DNA of 64,000 bases from Octopus sinensis. Taxonomy: Eukaryota. Positions 13,350-26,433 of the stretch are shown here, one piece after another. The notes below the pieces were generated by a model. It made no database searches, was not told the DNA's origin, and worked only from the letters and a program-made list of their open reading frames with translations. Made by a program: the position numbers and the translations under genes. Numbering within the stretch: position 1 is the stretch's first letter; each line of letters opens with the position of its first letter. Location of the stretch: positions 29,512,001 to 29,576,000 of the forward strand of contig NC_043006.1 of NCBI RefSeq assembly GCF_006345805.1. Reading direction: 5' to 3'.

Positions 13350-13680
13350 ACTTATTTTAGTGCTGTGTACTTCTGCAAGGAAAGAATGGGGGAAGGGTCA
13401 ACAGAGGAGGAGAACCAAATAACAAGAGTTGATAGAGGGTTGTGGCATGAATTGGTGAAGAATGAGGTATTTGCCAGTGGAGGTTGCTATCACGGATTTG
13501 CAAGTCATATACTTAGAGAAGCCAATGAGACTCTGGGCATCCCAGGAGCTCATGGAAACAGAAGCCTCCAGAACTATGTAGAGGCTACTGAGAAAACATT
13601 TTCATGTTTCCGACTGAAAAGAGGTGATTGATGGCATCAGTCAAACACTGCTTAGACACACACACCTGTATGGGGAACAT
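13350..13680 (+). mobile_element. R2-superfamily (HERO-like) restriction-like endonuclease C-terminal fragment
   Basis: Across frameshifts reads ERM…RRRTK*QEL…C…LPVEV / GCYHGFA…LGIPG…EATEK…LKR, resembling the HERO-type PVEVGCRGF…LGI…EAAEKAS…WLKR end (from recall). Confidence 0.6.
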
Positions 13681-13919
13681 CTTAAAAAAAGTTGTATAAG
13701 CTTATTAATTTTTGGATTAGAATTTATACAATAATTGATTTAATATACATCAATTAAATACACAAAACTATTATATCAAAGGACCCTGAGACACTTATTT
13801 AGCAGAAACACATACTGGAATGTAAAATGAAGAAAATGATTTTAATTAAATAAATTTTATGATGTGCAACTTTCCAGTCTTCATAATTATGTCTACATAT
13901 AAAGAGCAATATTTTTAGA

Positions 13920-15270
13920 AGCTATTAAAAAATTATTTAGAGAACTGAATGCCACCAACTTTTAGAGAAGTTTTTGCATTCTGTGTATTTTGTGTGTGCT
14001 TTTGTTATCCAGCTTTTCAAACACACATGTTCTAGGTTAATGCATTAGGAGGAGTTGTTTTTGATAATTGATTAGTTTCAGATTTAGAATTTTTATAATG
14101 TATTCTTCTTTTGCCTTTTGTAGTTGATTATTTTCCCCCCAAAAAATGATTTGAAAAATCACAAATCATCAACAGCTGAAAACAACCACCAAATCTCAAG
14201 AGACTCCTAACAAAGGCGAGATTCAAATCTGAGAAAGAAATGATGCAAGTAACAAACTGTGGAGACTCTCATTGTAGGATATGTTAAATGACTGAACAAG
14301 GAACAACTAAAAGATTCAAGAGTATGGGGGAATTGAAAATGAAGGCAAACATGAAATGCAAAACCAAAAAACCTCATCTACAGCATCACATGTCCACAAT
14401 GCAATGAGGATTACATTGGAGAAAAAGGAACAAAACTAACCAACCATGAAAGCACACATTAAGAACAAGTTACAAAATTCATCTCTTAGAAATATTCCAT
14501 GTAGTAAACATCTAGACATTTGTGCAAATGGAAGATGAAAATGATCAACTACGAAATGCAGAAGAATAATACTTTACAAGAATTCTAAATCTGAAACTAA
14601 ACTGAAAATAGTCGACACCATTATTAAAACCAACTTCCTCTCAACACATTAGTCTAAAACATGTGTGTTTGAGAAGCTGAATAACAAAAGCACTTACACA
14701 CAAAATACACACGATATGAAAGTGAGGCCATAATCCCGTGGCCTCTAGCTGGGATGTAGCCAGCCCACTTATGCATTCCTTTCCTTCTTGGGACACAAAA
14801 CTCCACTTGTGAAGACCTGTTGAGGCAAGTGAAAATCAAAATCGTAATCAATCAACATCAATGGAATTTGTAGCTGTGATACCAGTGCCGGTGGCACGTA
14901 AGAGAACCATCTGAACGTGGCCATAGCCAGCACCGCCTTGACTGGCCTCCGTGGCGGTGGCACGTAAAAAGCACCATCCGATCGTGGCCGTTGCCAGCCT
15001 CGTCTGGCACCTGTGACGGTGGCACGTAAAAAGCACCCACTACACTCATGGAGTGGTTGGCATTAGGAAGGGCATCCAGCTGTAGAAACACTGCCAGATC
15101 AGACTGGGCCTGGTGCAGCCTTCTAGCTTCCTAGACCCCAGTTGAACCGTCCAACCCATGCTAGCATGGAAAGCGGACATTAAACGATGATGATGATGAT
15201 GATGATGAAAGTGTATTTCCCAAATGTTGGTAACACTCTATTCTCTAATTAATTTTAAAAATAGTTAATA
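13920..15270 (+). mobile_element. Penelope-like retroelement remnant with GIY-YIG end and inverted terminal repeat, interrupted by an RTE tail
   Basis: KQPPNLKRLLTKARF…C-x4-C-x2-C…NLIYSITCPQCNEDYIGE (14370-14423)…ILNLKLN* (14605). Region ~13920-14138 is an inverted copy of ~14538-14724 plus 15205-15270. Confidence 0.8.
14725..15204 (+). mobile_element. Young 5'-truncated RTE 3' UTR insertion with TSD
   Basis: TSD ATGAAAGTG at 14716-14724 and 15205-15213. Three GTGxCGGTGGCACGTAA modules, the shared RTE tail and a (GAT)n end. Confidence 0.85.
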
Positions 15271-15829
15271 ACTTTTAAAAAAGTTAATGGTTGGCACCAA
15301 GAAGAGCACCCAGTTGTAAAACAATGCTTCAAATAACATATTAGTCTGATCCATGCAAGCATGAAAAAACAGAAAACATTAGTAAAACATACAAAGCAAA
15401 CAACCAATTTACACTGAACACTGAAAAGAAGAGAAAAAAATAGGAGAGAAAACAAAAGAAATAGCAACAGAAGTGTTGTTTTATGTTTTAAGCAGTCGAA
15501 GTGACTTATGTCGTGATTGTAAATAAAGAGAAGAAACATGCAAGGCTGATATTTCATTACTCCACTTAATAAAGGCCTTTCTACAATATACTTCAACATG
15601 ACCAAAATACTGTCTTATAATATTTACTAATTTGTAAAGATCACAGTCAATACATTGATAAAAATGAATGTTTACAAGTCATCTTTATTAAACAGCAATC
15701 TTTCCAAATTAATCTGGACTGAAAGAGTACAACAAGGGTATCTGCTAAAGTCTCAACTGTAAAATATAATATTGTAAAGTCATGCTTAAATATTTCCCCC
15801 TAAGTTGAGAGACTTAGCTTTATATTATA

Positions 15830-16773
15830 CTAGCAGCTAAGCCTGGTTTCACCCGGTCTGTTTGGATGATGTGGCTGTGATTGTTTTCGGTTAGGCATAA
15901 TCTATAATAGCATTTCTCAACCATATCATTTTAGGTCCCCTGTTTCGATTGGAGCCTCCGGCTGTATGAAAATTTCCCCCCACCACCACTATCAGAAAAC
16001 AGCTTCAGGAGTTGGGAAGAATGAATTTGTACGTAGTCTGTTTCTGAGAGCTATCCTATTGGACCTCTGTCTAATCATTAAAACATTCATTTAATTATGG
16101 ACATAGAAAAAAATTATACATTAATCCCTATTTTTGTAAGCAGTTGTATCCATAAAAATTTTATTTGCAGAAAGTAGAAATTGAAAGAAGATATATGAAA
16201 TGGACGTGCGCGTGCATGTGTGTGTGTTTACAATAGTTGATTTATGGAAAAGATTATGTTAAATTTTTGAAATGCAAATATATGAAAGAAAATTAAGTTC
16301 AGACCTCTACATGGTAGCTAGACCTGGTAGAAATAGCAGCCAAATCTCCCTCAAAACACCCTACTGTCTTAAACCGACAATTCTGCCTATTATGTAGTTT
16401 TAATGAGAAGCTGTGACTAAAGATTAAGATTATTAACCCCACAAAGAGGTGAAAGAAGAGAGAGAGCATAGCGAAAGTTTTGGCTGACTGTCATCCTGTA
16501 CTCCCCTTGTTGCTAGCGAAATGGTATATACCGGCTGTGTGAGCAACTGGTTGTTTTAATGGCAGGACAAACGGGAATTCCATTAGAAAAAGTTTTAACT
16601 GATTTTCTCAGTAAGTATGGAGGGGCTAGGAAAAAAATATAAACCGCGTTCCAATCTATACACCCGTCTCCACATGTGTGCCATTTTTCACGCGAATCCA
16701 CCCAGCTGTTTCTCTGTGAACCTCAAGACAAGAAAGACTACAACGATCGCCCACGTCCAATTTCTATTATAGA
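15830..16773 (-). mobile_element. Non-autonomous Helitron
   Basis: Minus strand A|TCTATAATAGAAA start at 16773 and CTAG|T end at 15830, with an imperfect GC-rich hairpin (cctggtttcacccgg, ~15842-15856) near the end. Confidence 0.75.
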
Positions 16774-17564
16774 TGAAATCACACATATCCATCAAAACTC
16801 CTTAAATATTGAAGCTTTCACTTGTTGCTGATGTCAGGCGCAAATGCAACCAGAGATTTTGTTCCATTTGAATGCTATGAGTGTTATTTCTAAGATTTCT
16901 TTCAGGACAAAATCGTATAAAGCAGAGCCATTAAGTATAAAACTGTTGTGTTATAATGTGATGTGATGTAATGATTTTTGTAGGTTGTATGGAATGAGGT
17001 GACTTTTGAACTTAATGCAAGCAGTGTTTGGACAATGTTGACATAAGACTTTGCACACTGTACAAATGCACAAGCAGCAATAATGGAGAGAATATAATTT
17101 GAATTTTTTTGATGCAATTCCAGCAATCAAAGCCAACCAAGCCACTGTTAGATCACAAAACAACTCTGTGTGTACAAAGAGTTCGACTGTTGACCGTGTG
17201 AAATTGTAACTTCTTTACTCTGAAATGCAGAAACAGGAAACATCATTGTTCCGAAACTCAACTAAGTGCCAAAGAAATCATTGCATGTTTAAGATATGAT
17301 GACTTCAAGAAGAAAAAAGAAGAAGAAAAAGGAGGAGAAGGAGGAGGATTCAGAAATATGGTTAATGTATTTCTACTGAGAAGAAATGTGAAAATGCTTT
17401 AAGGTTGTACATATCAAAGTCATTATGGTAAAATATTCGAGATATTTTAGGTAAATTGATGATTTTATTTATCAGATGAAGCAATAACATTTCACAAGAT
17501 TCCACTCCACCATAACAATATATAAAATACACATACACACACATACACGCAGAGTAATATAATG

Positions 17565-18040
17565 ATTTCTAACACAGGCATAAAGCCTCAAAAATTTGGA
17601 GAAGTGGTATGATTGATTATATCAACTCCAATACTTAACTGGCATTGATTATGGAAGTTATATCACAAGTTACTTGCTGCCCCTGCTGGTGTGAATGCCA
17701 TGTAAAAAGCACTGGTGCTGGTAGCACATGAAAAGCACCCAGTACACTCTGTAATGTGGTTGACATTAGGAAGGGTATCCAGTCATAGAAACCGTCAAAC
17801 GCAGACAAAAGAGCCAGGTGCAGTTCTCTGGTTTACCAGCTCTTGTCAAACAGTCCAACCCATGTCAGCATGGAAGACGGCTGTTAAAGGAGGAGGAAGA
17901 GGAGGGTGATGTTTAAAGGATGGAAAAGTAAAGTTAATCTCAGCAGAAAAATGAATTCACAAAATAAAGAATCTAAGATACTGCAAAATATTTTGTGTAA
18001 TGTCTCTCTGATTCTGGCAACTCACTCCAAACTATACTAT
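17565..18040. mobile_element. SINE family 2 (-) interrupted by an RTE 3'-tail insertion (+, ~17665-17905)
   Basis: SINE segments at 17565-17650 and 17910-18040 flank a copy of the RTE tail (aaaagcacccagtacactc…gtccaacccatg). Confidence 0.65.
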
Positions 18041-19074
18041 TTGTTGCAGTTAGTCATTTGCTTTGTGTTTGAATTATCATTGTGTATTTCTTGTATATAT
18101 TTTATCTGAAGTTATCTGCAAGTATGAATTGCAGAATTAGCACAAAATTTTCAAAATAAATATAATAAAGATAATGTATTAAATATTATATATTAGTAAA
18201 ATATGTCACAGTTTATTAATTAGTAATATACAAATTACATATAAACAAAAGCTATGCACAATCTAATTAATACAAATATATTAATTCACCCATAGGTTTG
18301 TACAACTTACAAAAACTGATGTGAATCTCATCTTATATACTATGAAACTATTTTTTGAAAAACTTTTTTCCCTAAAATCTTCACAACTCAAAAATCCCCA
18401 AATTTTGTTTGAATAACATTTTTTACTGCCTTACTGTTAAATGATTTTAGAGGAAGGTTTATAAAAAAAGAAAGCTGTAATTTTCAGCTGAAAGTAGTTT
18501 TAATATAGTTGAGTGTTCACATATTTAATGCAGGGAACCTAAAAATGTCCTTAACTCAAAAAAAACAGATGTTTCTTATACAAAAACAAACTTTGTTTCT
18601 ATGGTCCCACATCAAAGGCTGGACTAAAACTAAATTACTTGACCCTAATTTCCCAGCCTGCCTTTGATGGAATTATAATTAGAATCTATCATTCCTTTAT
18701 CCCAAACCTTTGGCCTGAATTTCGTTTAACTGCTTCCATTTTATCTTTTTTTTTTCTTTTTCATTCCTTAATGGAAAATGTTGCAGATGGGACAATAACG
18801 GTTGATTTGACACGAAATACGCTGCACCTACATCTCACAGGAATTTATATTAAAAGATTATATTTCAATTGTGGCTTTTAATTAAAAAAAAAAAAAATGG
18901 GAGAGGAAAATGGTAAAGATGGTAAGAAAATTACAGCTTTTATGGTTTACACTAAATCAACAACTAATTAAATACTAACATCTAATCAACACAAAGACAT
19001 AGATTAGTAACTGATTAAGAAATGATTTTTACTGCACCACATTAAACCATCAAGCTTACATTTATCATTTTATC

Positions 19075-19471
19075 TTTTATCTTTTACTTGTTTTAGTCAT
19101 CAGACTATGGCCATGCTGGGGCAGCACAGCCTTCAGGAATTTTTAGTTGAATTAACTGATCCCAGTACTTACTTTTATTTTGAAGCCTGATACTTATTCT
19201 ATCAGTCATTTTTGCTGAGCTGCTAAGTTATGGGGATGTAAGCACACCAACACCAGTTATCTAGCAGGAGGTGGGGGGAGACAAACATAAACAAGACACA
19301 AAGACAAACACATGTAGATATTATACATATACACACAACAGGCTTCTTTCAGCTTTTGTGTACCAAATACACTCAGAATGCTTTGAAAACACATGCTCAA
19401 GGTGTCACACAGTTGGACTGAACCTGGAACCATGTGGTTGGGAAGCAAACTTATTACCACACAGCTGCCTA
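19075..19471 (-). mobile_element. SINE family 1, near full length
   Basis: Reverse complement of 20155-20552 with an internal deletion. tRNA head at 19405-19471; tail cttttacttg…ggccatgctgggg. Confidence 0.85.
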
Positions 19472-20154
19472 TAACAACATTTATAACAACATGCCTATAA
19501 CAACATTTAATATGTTCTTCCTACGGAATACGTTCTTATAAGTTTTCTTAAATTACATATCCAGTGAAATATTTTCATTTGACAAACTTGTATCTTTTAG
19601 TTACTCTTTACGCATTGGGGAGGTGGGGGGGGGGGGTCATCAGCTGATTTTACTTTCCTCTGAATGCTTAATAAGAGAGAATTGTCTCATAGCTACAATT
19701 GAAGAGATCCCCAACAAGGGTCATTTTAATTAATCAGATATTTTCACAGTTGTCTCCCTTGCCACTTTTGAGAGTCAACTTTCATTAATGTTAATAATGA
19801 ATGACATGACAGTTAAAATTTTTATTAAGAAGTTATTTTTGCTTCCCTAATTTAATCTCCATTTAACCATCTCTTTATAATGCATGTGTGTGTGAGTGTG
19901 TGTGTATGTATGCGTGTGCATGCATGTGAATGTGTGTATGTATATGTGTGTGTGTGTGTGTGTGCGCATACATGCCTATGCATAATATCCTCATTTAAAC
20001 ATCTTCCCTTCCAAGCTTGCATGGGTCAGATTAAAGAGCAATACCCTAACCCTACACCCTAATGCCAACACTTACCTTTACACTTCTCTCGCCAAGACTC
20101 ACCTGTTTCCATCCAAGCAGGTGATATTGCTACTTATCTAGAAATGTTTCCATA

Positions 20155-20552
20155 GGCGCAGGAGTGGCTGTGTGGTAAGTAGCTTGCTTACAAACCACAT
20201 GGTTCTGGGTTCAGTCCCACTGTGTGGCACTTTGGGCAAGTGTCTTCTACTATAGCCTTGGGCCAACCAAAGCCTTGTGAGTGGATTTGGTAGACGGAAA
20301 CTGAAAGAAGCCTGTCGTGTATATGTATATATATATATATATGTGTGTGTGTTTGTGTGTCTGTGTTTGTCCTCCCAACATTGCTTGACAACCGATGTTG
20401 GTGTGTTCATGTCCCTGTAACTTAGCGGTTCGGCAAAAGAGACCGATAGAATAAATACTAGGCTTACAAAGTCCTGGGGTTGATTTGCTCGACTAAAGGC
20501 GGTGCTCACAGTCAAATGACTGAAACAAGTAAAAGAGTAAAAGTGTAAAGAG
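20155..20552 (+). mobile_element. SINE family 1, full length (tRNA head, CORE-like segment, microsatellite, LINE-like tail)
   Basis: A box TGGCTGTGTGG (20165), B box GGTTCAGTCCC (20208), CTTTGGGCAAGT segment, (TA)n(TG)n, tail GGCGGTGCTC…CTGAAACAAGTAAAAGAGTAAAAG. At least 5 homologous copies in the window. Confidence 0.9.
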
Positions 20553-21072
20553 TATAGAATATTGCAAATGAATGACTCTGCTTCTGAGATGATGACAGTC
20601 ATTTACATCTCATCTATCATGACCTATTAAGACAAGGGGACACACACACACACACGATGAGATTCTTTCAGTTTCTGTCTACAAATCCCACTAGAAGTCA
20701 TTGATTTGACCAGAATTATAATAAAAGACAATTGCCACATGTGCAATGGAAACCGAAGGAAGCCTGTCACATATATAGACACAAACACATGTCTCTCTGC
20801 ATGTATACGTTTCTACATGTCCAGTGTTAGTGTGTATGCTTTTCTAGACATCACGTGATTGTTGTAAATGAGAAATCATCATTCTAGAAACAAAGTTGTT
20901 AATTTCCAGTCTTTTGCAAGAAATATTTCCAGCAACAGGAAAATATTACATTGCTTGGAAACAGGAGGTGCAGATGGCAAGTGGAAGGGCATCGGCCATA
21001 GAAAATCTGCTTTAAAAAAATTACAACATTAAATGATGAGGATCATAATGAAGCTATATATGTATATGAGTG

Positions 21073-21112
<40 letters not shown>

Positions 21113-21149
21113 TATGCCCATTACCATCATCATCATCAAATCTACATAA

Positions 21150-21185
<36 letters not shown>

Positions 21186-21401
21186 ATATTTGTAGTATAA
21201 GATATGGATTCACAGATTTGTGTGGCTATCACAAATCAGACAACATAGTCATCCAATATGGAGGTGTATAATGCAGAGTAGCCATGCAGCTAAAATCCAA
21301 AAGATCTAATCAATGAAATGAAATATATTCGTCTCTCTTATATCCTGACTTTTATGGTTCAGATATATATACATCTATCTATATATATATATATATATAC
21401 A

Positions 21402-22332
21402 TGAGGTGTATTTCAGAAATATTGAGACTTTTTAGGGAGGCAGTGATAACAGTACTAAATTGTTGTAATCTAAGTGTATCATCCAAAATGCTGATCTACC
21501 AACTTTTGTTTTCCCGAGTTGAAGGAGATGGCTATAGCAGACCCTGCTAAACACTGCTTGTCACAGCCTACACGTCTGCAGAATGCAGTTAGGATGTGAA
21601 GTCCGTTTGCAGGCACACTGTGCAATAAGGTTTTATGTTAAACTGAGTGAAAACATTACAGAGACTTACGAAATGTTCCACACTGCTTATGGATTAACTT
21701 GTATGAGCTAAGTCATCTGCAGAAGCTGAACCTTACTAGCACAGGACAATGTTTTGGTATTAGTATATGATGTCAGTCGTGTGCACACGTGCGTGTGTGG
21801 TCCCAAGTGTGTGTCTGACAGTTCAGCTCTGTCAAGCAGACGAAGCATAATGTCACACACTGATTAAAAAGATTACCCCCAGAGGCCAGGCAAGGCAAGG
21901 CCACCAGGAAGGTCATGATGATCTTTTTCAATATCAAGGGCATCATCTCCATCCACTGGGGAATCGCCTACCCAGACGGTCAACAAAGAATACTTTGCAG
22001 AGGTTTTGTGGGAGAACACCTGCACCAAAGACAATGCACCAGGCCACAATTCCATCCTGGTAACCAAACTACTTGACAAAGATGAGCATAAAAACCATCC
22101 TTGCCCTCGCTACAGTTCAGACCTTGCTCTCTGTGACTTTTGACTGTTCTCCAAGCTGAAGGAAAAGATGAAGAAGGCTGTAAGAAAGGTCCTGGATGCC
22201 ACTACTTTAGAGGACTTCTATGAGGCCTTCACAAAGGGGCTGGGACACTAAAAGTGCATTGAAGTCAGAAGACCCAACTTTGAAGGTGATGTCTTTTCTG
22301 AAAAACTCTTAAAACTTCTGGAATGCACATTA
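21402..22332 (+). mobile_element. Degraded, internally deleted mariner-family transposon
   Basis: Degenerate TIRs TGAGGTGTATTTCAGAAATATTGAGACT / ACTCTTAAAACTTCTGGAATGCACATTA next to TA. Transposase remnants AIRFYVKL…ETYEM, LHQ-DNAPGH and YSSDLALCDF*LF. Confidence 0.85.
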
Positions 22333-22715
22333 TACACACACCCATAAATACATACATACATACATACAGGACATAGTGATTTGGGGCAGAGAAGAGAAAC
22401 TGTGTACAGTGGTGGAAATCAGCTGCCTGGTGGATATGTAACACACTACCTAAATACCAATCTTGAGAAACTAGGCTTTTCAAAACCAGAAAGGAGAAAG
22501 CTGGTTACAAGATTACAGAGCCAAGCCATCACTGGAACTGTAAAAAGTCTATAAAACTTTCCAGACGTTTATCATTTAAGTATATATGAGTATGACAAGA
22601 TATGCAACTATATTCATGAGAAGACATACATAAAACAAAACATACAAATCTACATGTATACATAAATACATACATACATACATACAAGACAGACAGACAC
22701 ACACATATACACATC

Positions 22716-22769
<54 letters not shown>

Positions 22770-25330
22770 CAGAGAGAAAGAGAGAGAAAGAGAGATTTGA
22801 AATTACAACTGACAGGTGATGTAGCCATTTAGAATTTTACATTTCTGTGTTTCAAATTGAAAGACAATATTAAAAAATAACAGTTGAGTTCTTGTGAGAC
22901 ATCAGCATGTGAAACTGTGAGTGGTTATGGAGGTAAACATCACTTTGAGTAATATTTATGGCTAGGTTTGTGTGTAAATACATAACTAGAAATATGCAAA
23001 TCTAAATATACATTGGTGGTTTGGAAAATTTAAATGCAAATGCTCCTGGCCATAATCTACAATCCCAAGGTTGCCAAATCCAAATGCAAACTAGCTAAAA
23101 GCATTTTAATTATCAAAGACTTAGAATGTTTTCTGTGAAATTCAAATCAAGTGAAGTTGATATTTGTCTATAAAAGAAGTATGAATGTTTGTTAAAACTT
23201 TGGAAGTTTCATTTATGATGCAATATATTTATATTGGAGGCAAAGTAGAAAAAGAAAAAGCATATATTTCAATTTTGCATAGTTTTCTCTGCTGGAATTC
23301 AGTATCAACTTTGAACTAGCAGTAGAAAACATCCGATGTAACGTCGACATTTCATTCCCTGTCTACATTAGTTTCAGGACAGAAGCATGGAGGGGTGGGC
23401 GTCACAAAACTTCATAGTCAAACTTCCTTAAAGATTAATTACTAAAGTGACAAAAATTACTTCAAGACATGTTTCCACACATTTAGTGCTAATCTGAACT
23501 ATTTTGGTATAAAATATGAAAAAACAATTTGATTTTGTATTTTTTTTTTTGTGGGTGTGTGATTTTTTGGTATACTTTTCATGATTTCTGTTTTCTGAGG
23601 CGAAAGTAATACTGATAAGAAGCCAGTTTTAGTGAGTAGAAAGGATATTGGCACAGTTTTGAAATAGTTTCAAATCAAATATTGATAAAATAAGCAATAT
23701 AAGCATCAATCTAATGCCGACTGATTTGCAGAAAATTTAAGACCATAATAGAATTTTATTGATTCTGAGGGCAAAGAAAAAGAGTGTTACACCTGGTGTA
23801 CATTAGAGGTCAGAATTGACTTTTATATAAAATATTCTAAAAGAAAGTTGAAATGGCACCTATTGAGTGTGTTTGAAGAAAGAAAGGGAGAAAGACCAAA
23901 ATGTAAATTAAATTTCATGAAAATAATGAAGTGTATAATTTAGAAACACCAATATCTATGCTTAAAGTAGGGACAAAAGTTATGGTAAATATACTTTTTA
24001 CAAAATATAAGATAGAAGAGTATACAAAAGATGTACTTTTTTTTATATGATAATCTACATACCTAGTATATCTGTGTATAAAAATATATACACACACACA
24101 CGTGCGTGTGTGTGTGTGTGTGTGTATGTGTATATATGTATGTATGTATGTATGTATATATAGATAGATAGATAGACTGACAGACAGATACATAGATAGA
24201 TATAGATATATATACATACATGTACATATACATGTGTGCATATATACATATATTTATATAAATATATATACATACATATATGCATACACATATCGTGTGT
24301 GTGCGTATATGTATGTGCATGTGTGCATGCATGTTATGTACATACATGGATGCATTTATGCACTTGAGTGCACCTTTATTTAAGGACCAGGTGTAGATTT
24401 AAATGCACAAGTTTAGATATTTTGCTTATTTAGAAACGTAAATGGTTACAAAATATAAATGAAAGAATAACGACCATTCAAGACGACCTGCTTGTAATTT
24501 GGTAAGAAAAAAATATAATTAAGAACAAAGTAATAAACAAACCTAAATTGACCTCTCACTGCTTGCTGGAATAACAATATAGAATGTCAGGAATGTCTGC
24601 TGTCAGTTCTGTAGTTTGTGAATAATTACTTGAAAATGGGATCTCCCTGTACTGGAATTAAACTGGCAATAAGGTAGCCAGGTTGATTGAGAGAGGGGGA
24701 GAGAGAGAGAGAGAAAGAGAGAGGGTCGAGTAAGGAGGGGAAGAGAGAGAGAGAGAAAGAGAACTAAAAGGAGTCTACAGGTCAGTGTGAAGTGGAACAC
24801 ACTTCCAAGAGTTGCTTGTGGTGCTATCTGCAGTTGGAGAGATCTGCTCTTACAATGACTGCCAACCTGACTTCATGGGTTGATAGCCCCACCACCTCCC
24901 ATCCTTCAACTCCTCTCCTTTCTATCAAACACAGCTGCTGCTCTCTGCTGCTGGCACTGATGGGACAGAAAGGAAGAAGATAGTAAAGAGAGAAGGTGGG
25001 GGAGAAAGAAAAGCAGAGAGTGAGAGAGAGAATCTTGTGTGTATGTGTGTGTGTTTGAAAGTCTTAAGAGAGGCAGGAGGAGGTATTAGCCTATGTAAAC
25101 TTCAATTCATATGTGTATAAAAATAACACTGGTCCGTTACTAGCAATGCGTTCATTTTATATACTTAATAACATCTCTTGCCATATTAGATGAAATGTCC
25201 AGTTAACTTGAAGCAGAATCAGCAGTAGCAGCCACACAGCAAGAGCTGATTGCTGTACAGGTAAACTACACAGGGGTTGACTAATTAAAACTTTTACAAA
25301 TGCATCAACTTAATTTGCTATAATGCCAAG

Positions 25331-25404
<74 letters not shown>

Positions 25405-25660
25405 TGTGTAAAATGAAAAAAAATGGTAGTGGTCAAAAGAAAATGGTATATCTGTGGGTGTGCAAATGTGTGTAAGTAGTTATGAATAAGGCACAATGTG
25501 TATATGTTGTCCTCTGAAGAGCACTATAAACGTACATGTACATAGACATACAAATTCAAAAGTGTCTAAAAATATAACAGGTACACATATTTAGGGACCA
25601 GGTCCTTACACTTATATAAAGGAAGGGTTCTTCTCTGTGTGTGGGAAAAAAAAATATATA

Positions 25661-25692
<32 letters not shown>

Positions 25693-25849
25693 TTAAACAC
25701 ACACATAAATATACCCATACATACATACATATATGACTATGTGGTTAACAAGTTTGTTTCCCAGCTCTGTGTAGTTATTACCACTACAGAGGACATTGGG
25801 TAAATATTTGTGTGTGTATATATATATATATATATACATACATATTCTT

Positions 25850-25991
25850 CTATTCTTTTACTTGTTTCAGCCTTTAGTCGAACAATGACCCCAGGTCTTA
25901 TTCTGTGTAAGCCTATTCTATCAGTCTCTTTTGCCAAACTGCCAAGCTACAGGGACATAAACACATCAACATTAGTTGTTAAGCGATGGTT

Positions 25992-25995
<4 letters not shown>
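25850..25995 (-). mobile_element. SINE family 1 3' part
   Basis: ttttacttgtttcag…attctatcagtctcttttgcc…gggacataaacac matches 30134-30310. Confidence 0.75.
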
Positions 25996-26052
<57 letters not shown>

Positions 26053-26183
26053 ATATATATATAATATATATATATATAATATATATATAATATTATATAT
26101 ATATAATATATATATATAATATATAATATATATAATATATAATATATATAATATATATAATATATAATATATAATATATATAT

Positions 26184-26233
<50 letters not shown>

Positions 26234-26254
26234 TATATATATATAATATATATA
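25995..26254. repeat. ~260-bp A/T-only (TA)n/(TAA) low-complexity tract
   Basis: Seen directly. Confidence 0.95.
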
Positions 26255-26433
26255 CAACAATAGTATTAAACTCAAACCGCAAAAATAGTAGTAATTCTGA
26301 AACTAAAGGAGGGATAAATGTTTTTATTTCTCCTTTAGTTTCAGAATTACTACTATTTTTGCAGTTTGAGTTTAGCTGCTCTTTTCAAGTGAGTTGAACG
26401 ACCTGTCAGGGTCATTCCTTAATACTATTGTTG
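26255..26433. repeat. Asymmetric fold-back element H1
   Basis: 45-bp arms 26267-26311 / 26330-26374 (1 mismatch) plus outer arms 26255-26269 / 26419-26433. The right arm has ~45 extra nt. Confidence 0.9.

Noticed and set aside
20155-20230. tRNA gene
   Set aside because: The A/B boxes belong to SINE heads; there is no complete cloverleaf and SINE body follows.
23315-23600. Possible third Helitron end (aCTAG plus weak hairpin)
   Set aside because: No matching TC terminus was identified.
25510-25545. CTGAAGA hammerhead box
   Set aside because: No GAAA box or stems follow.
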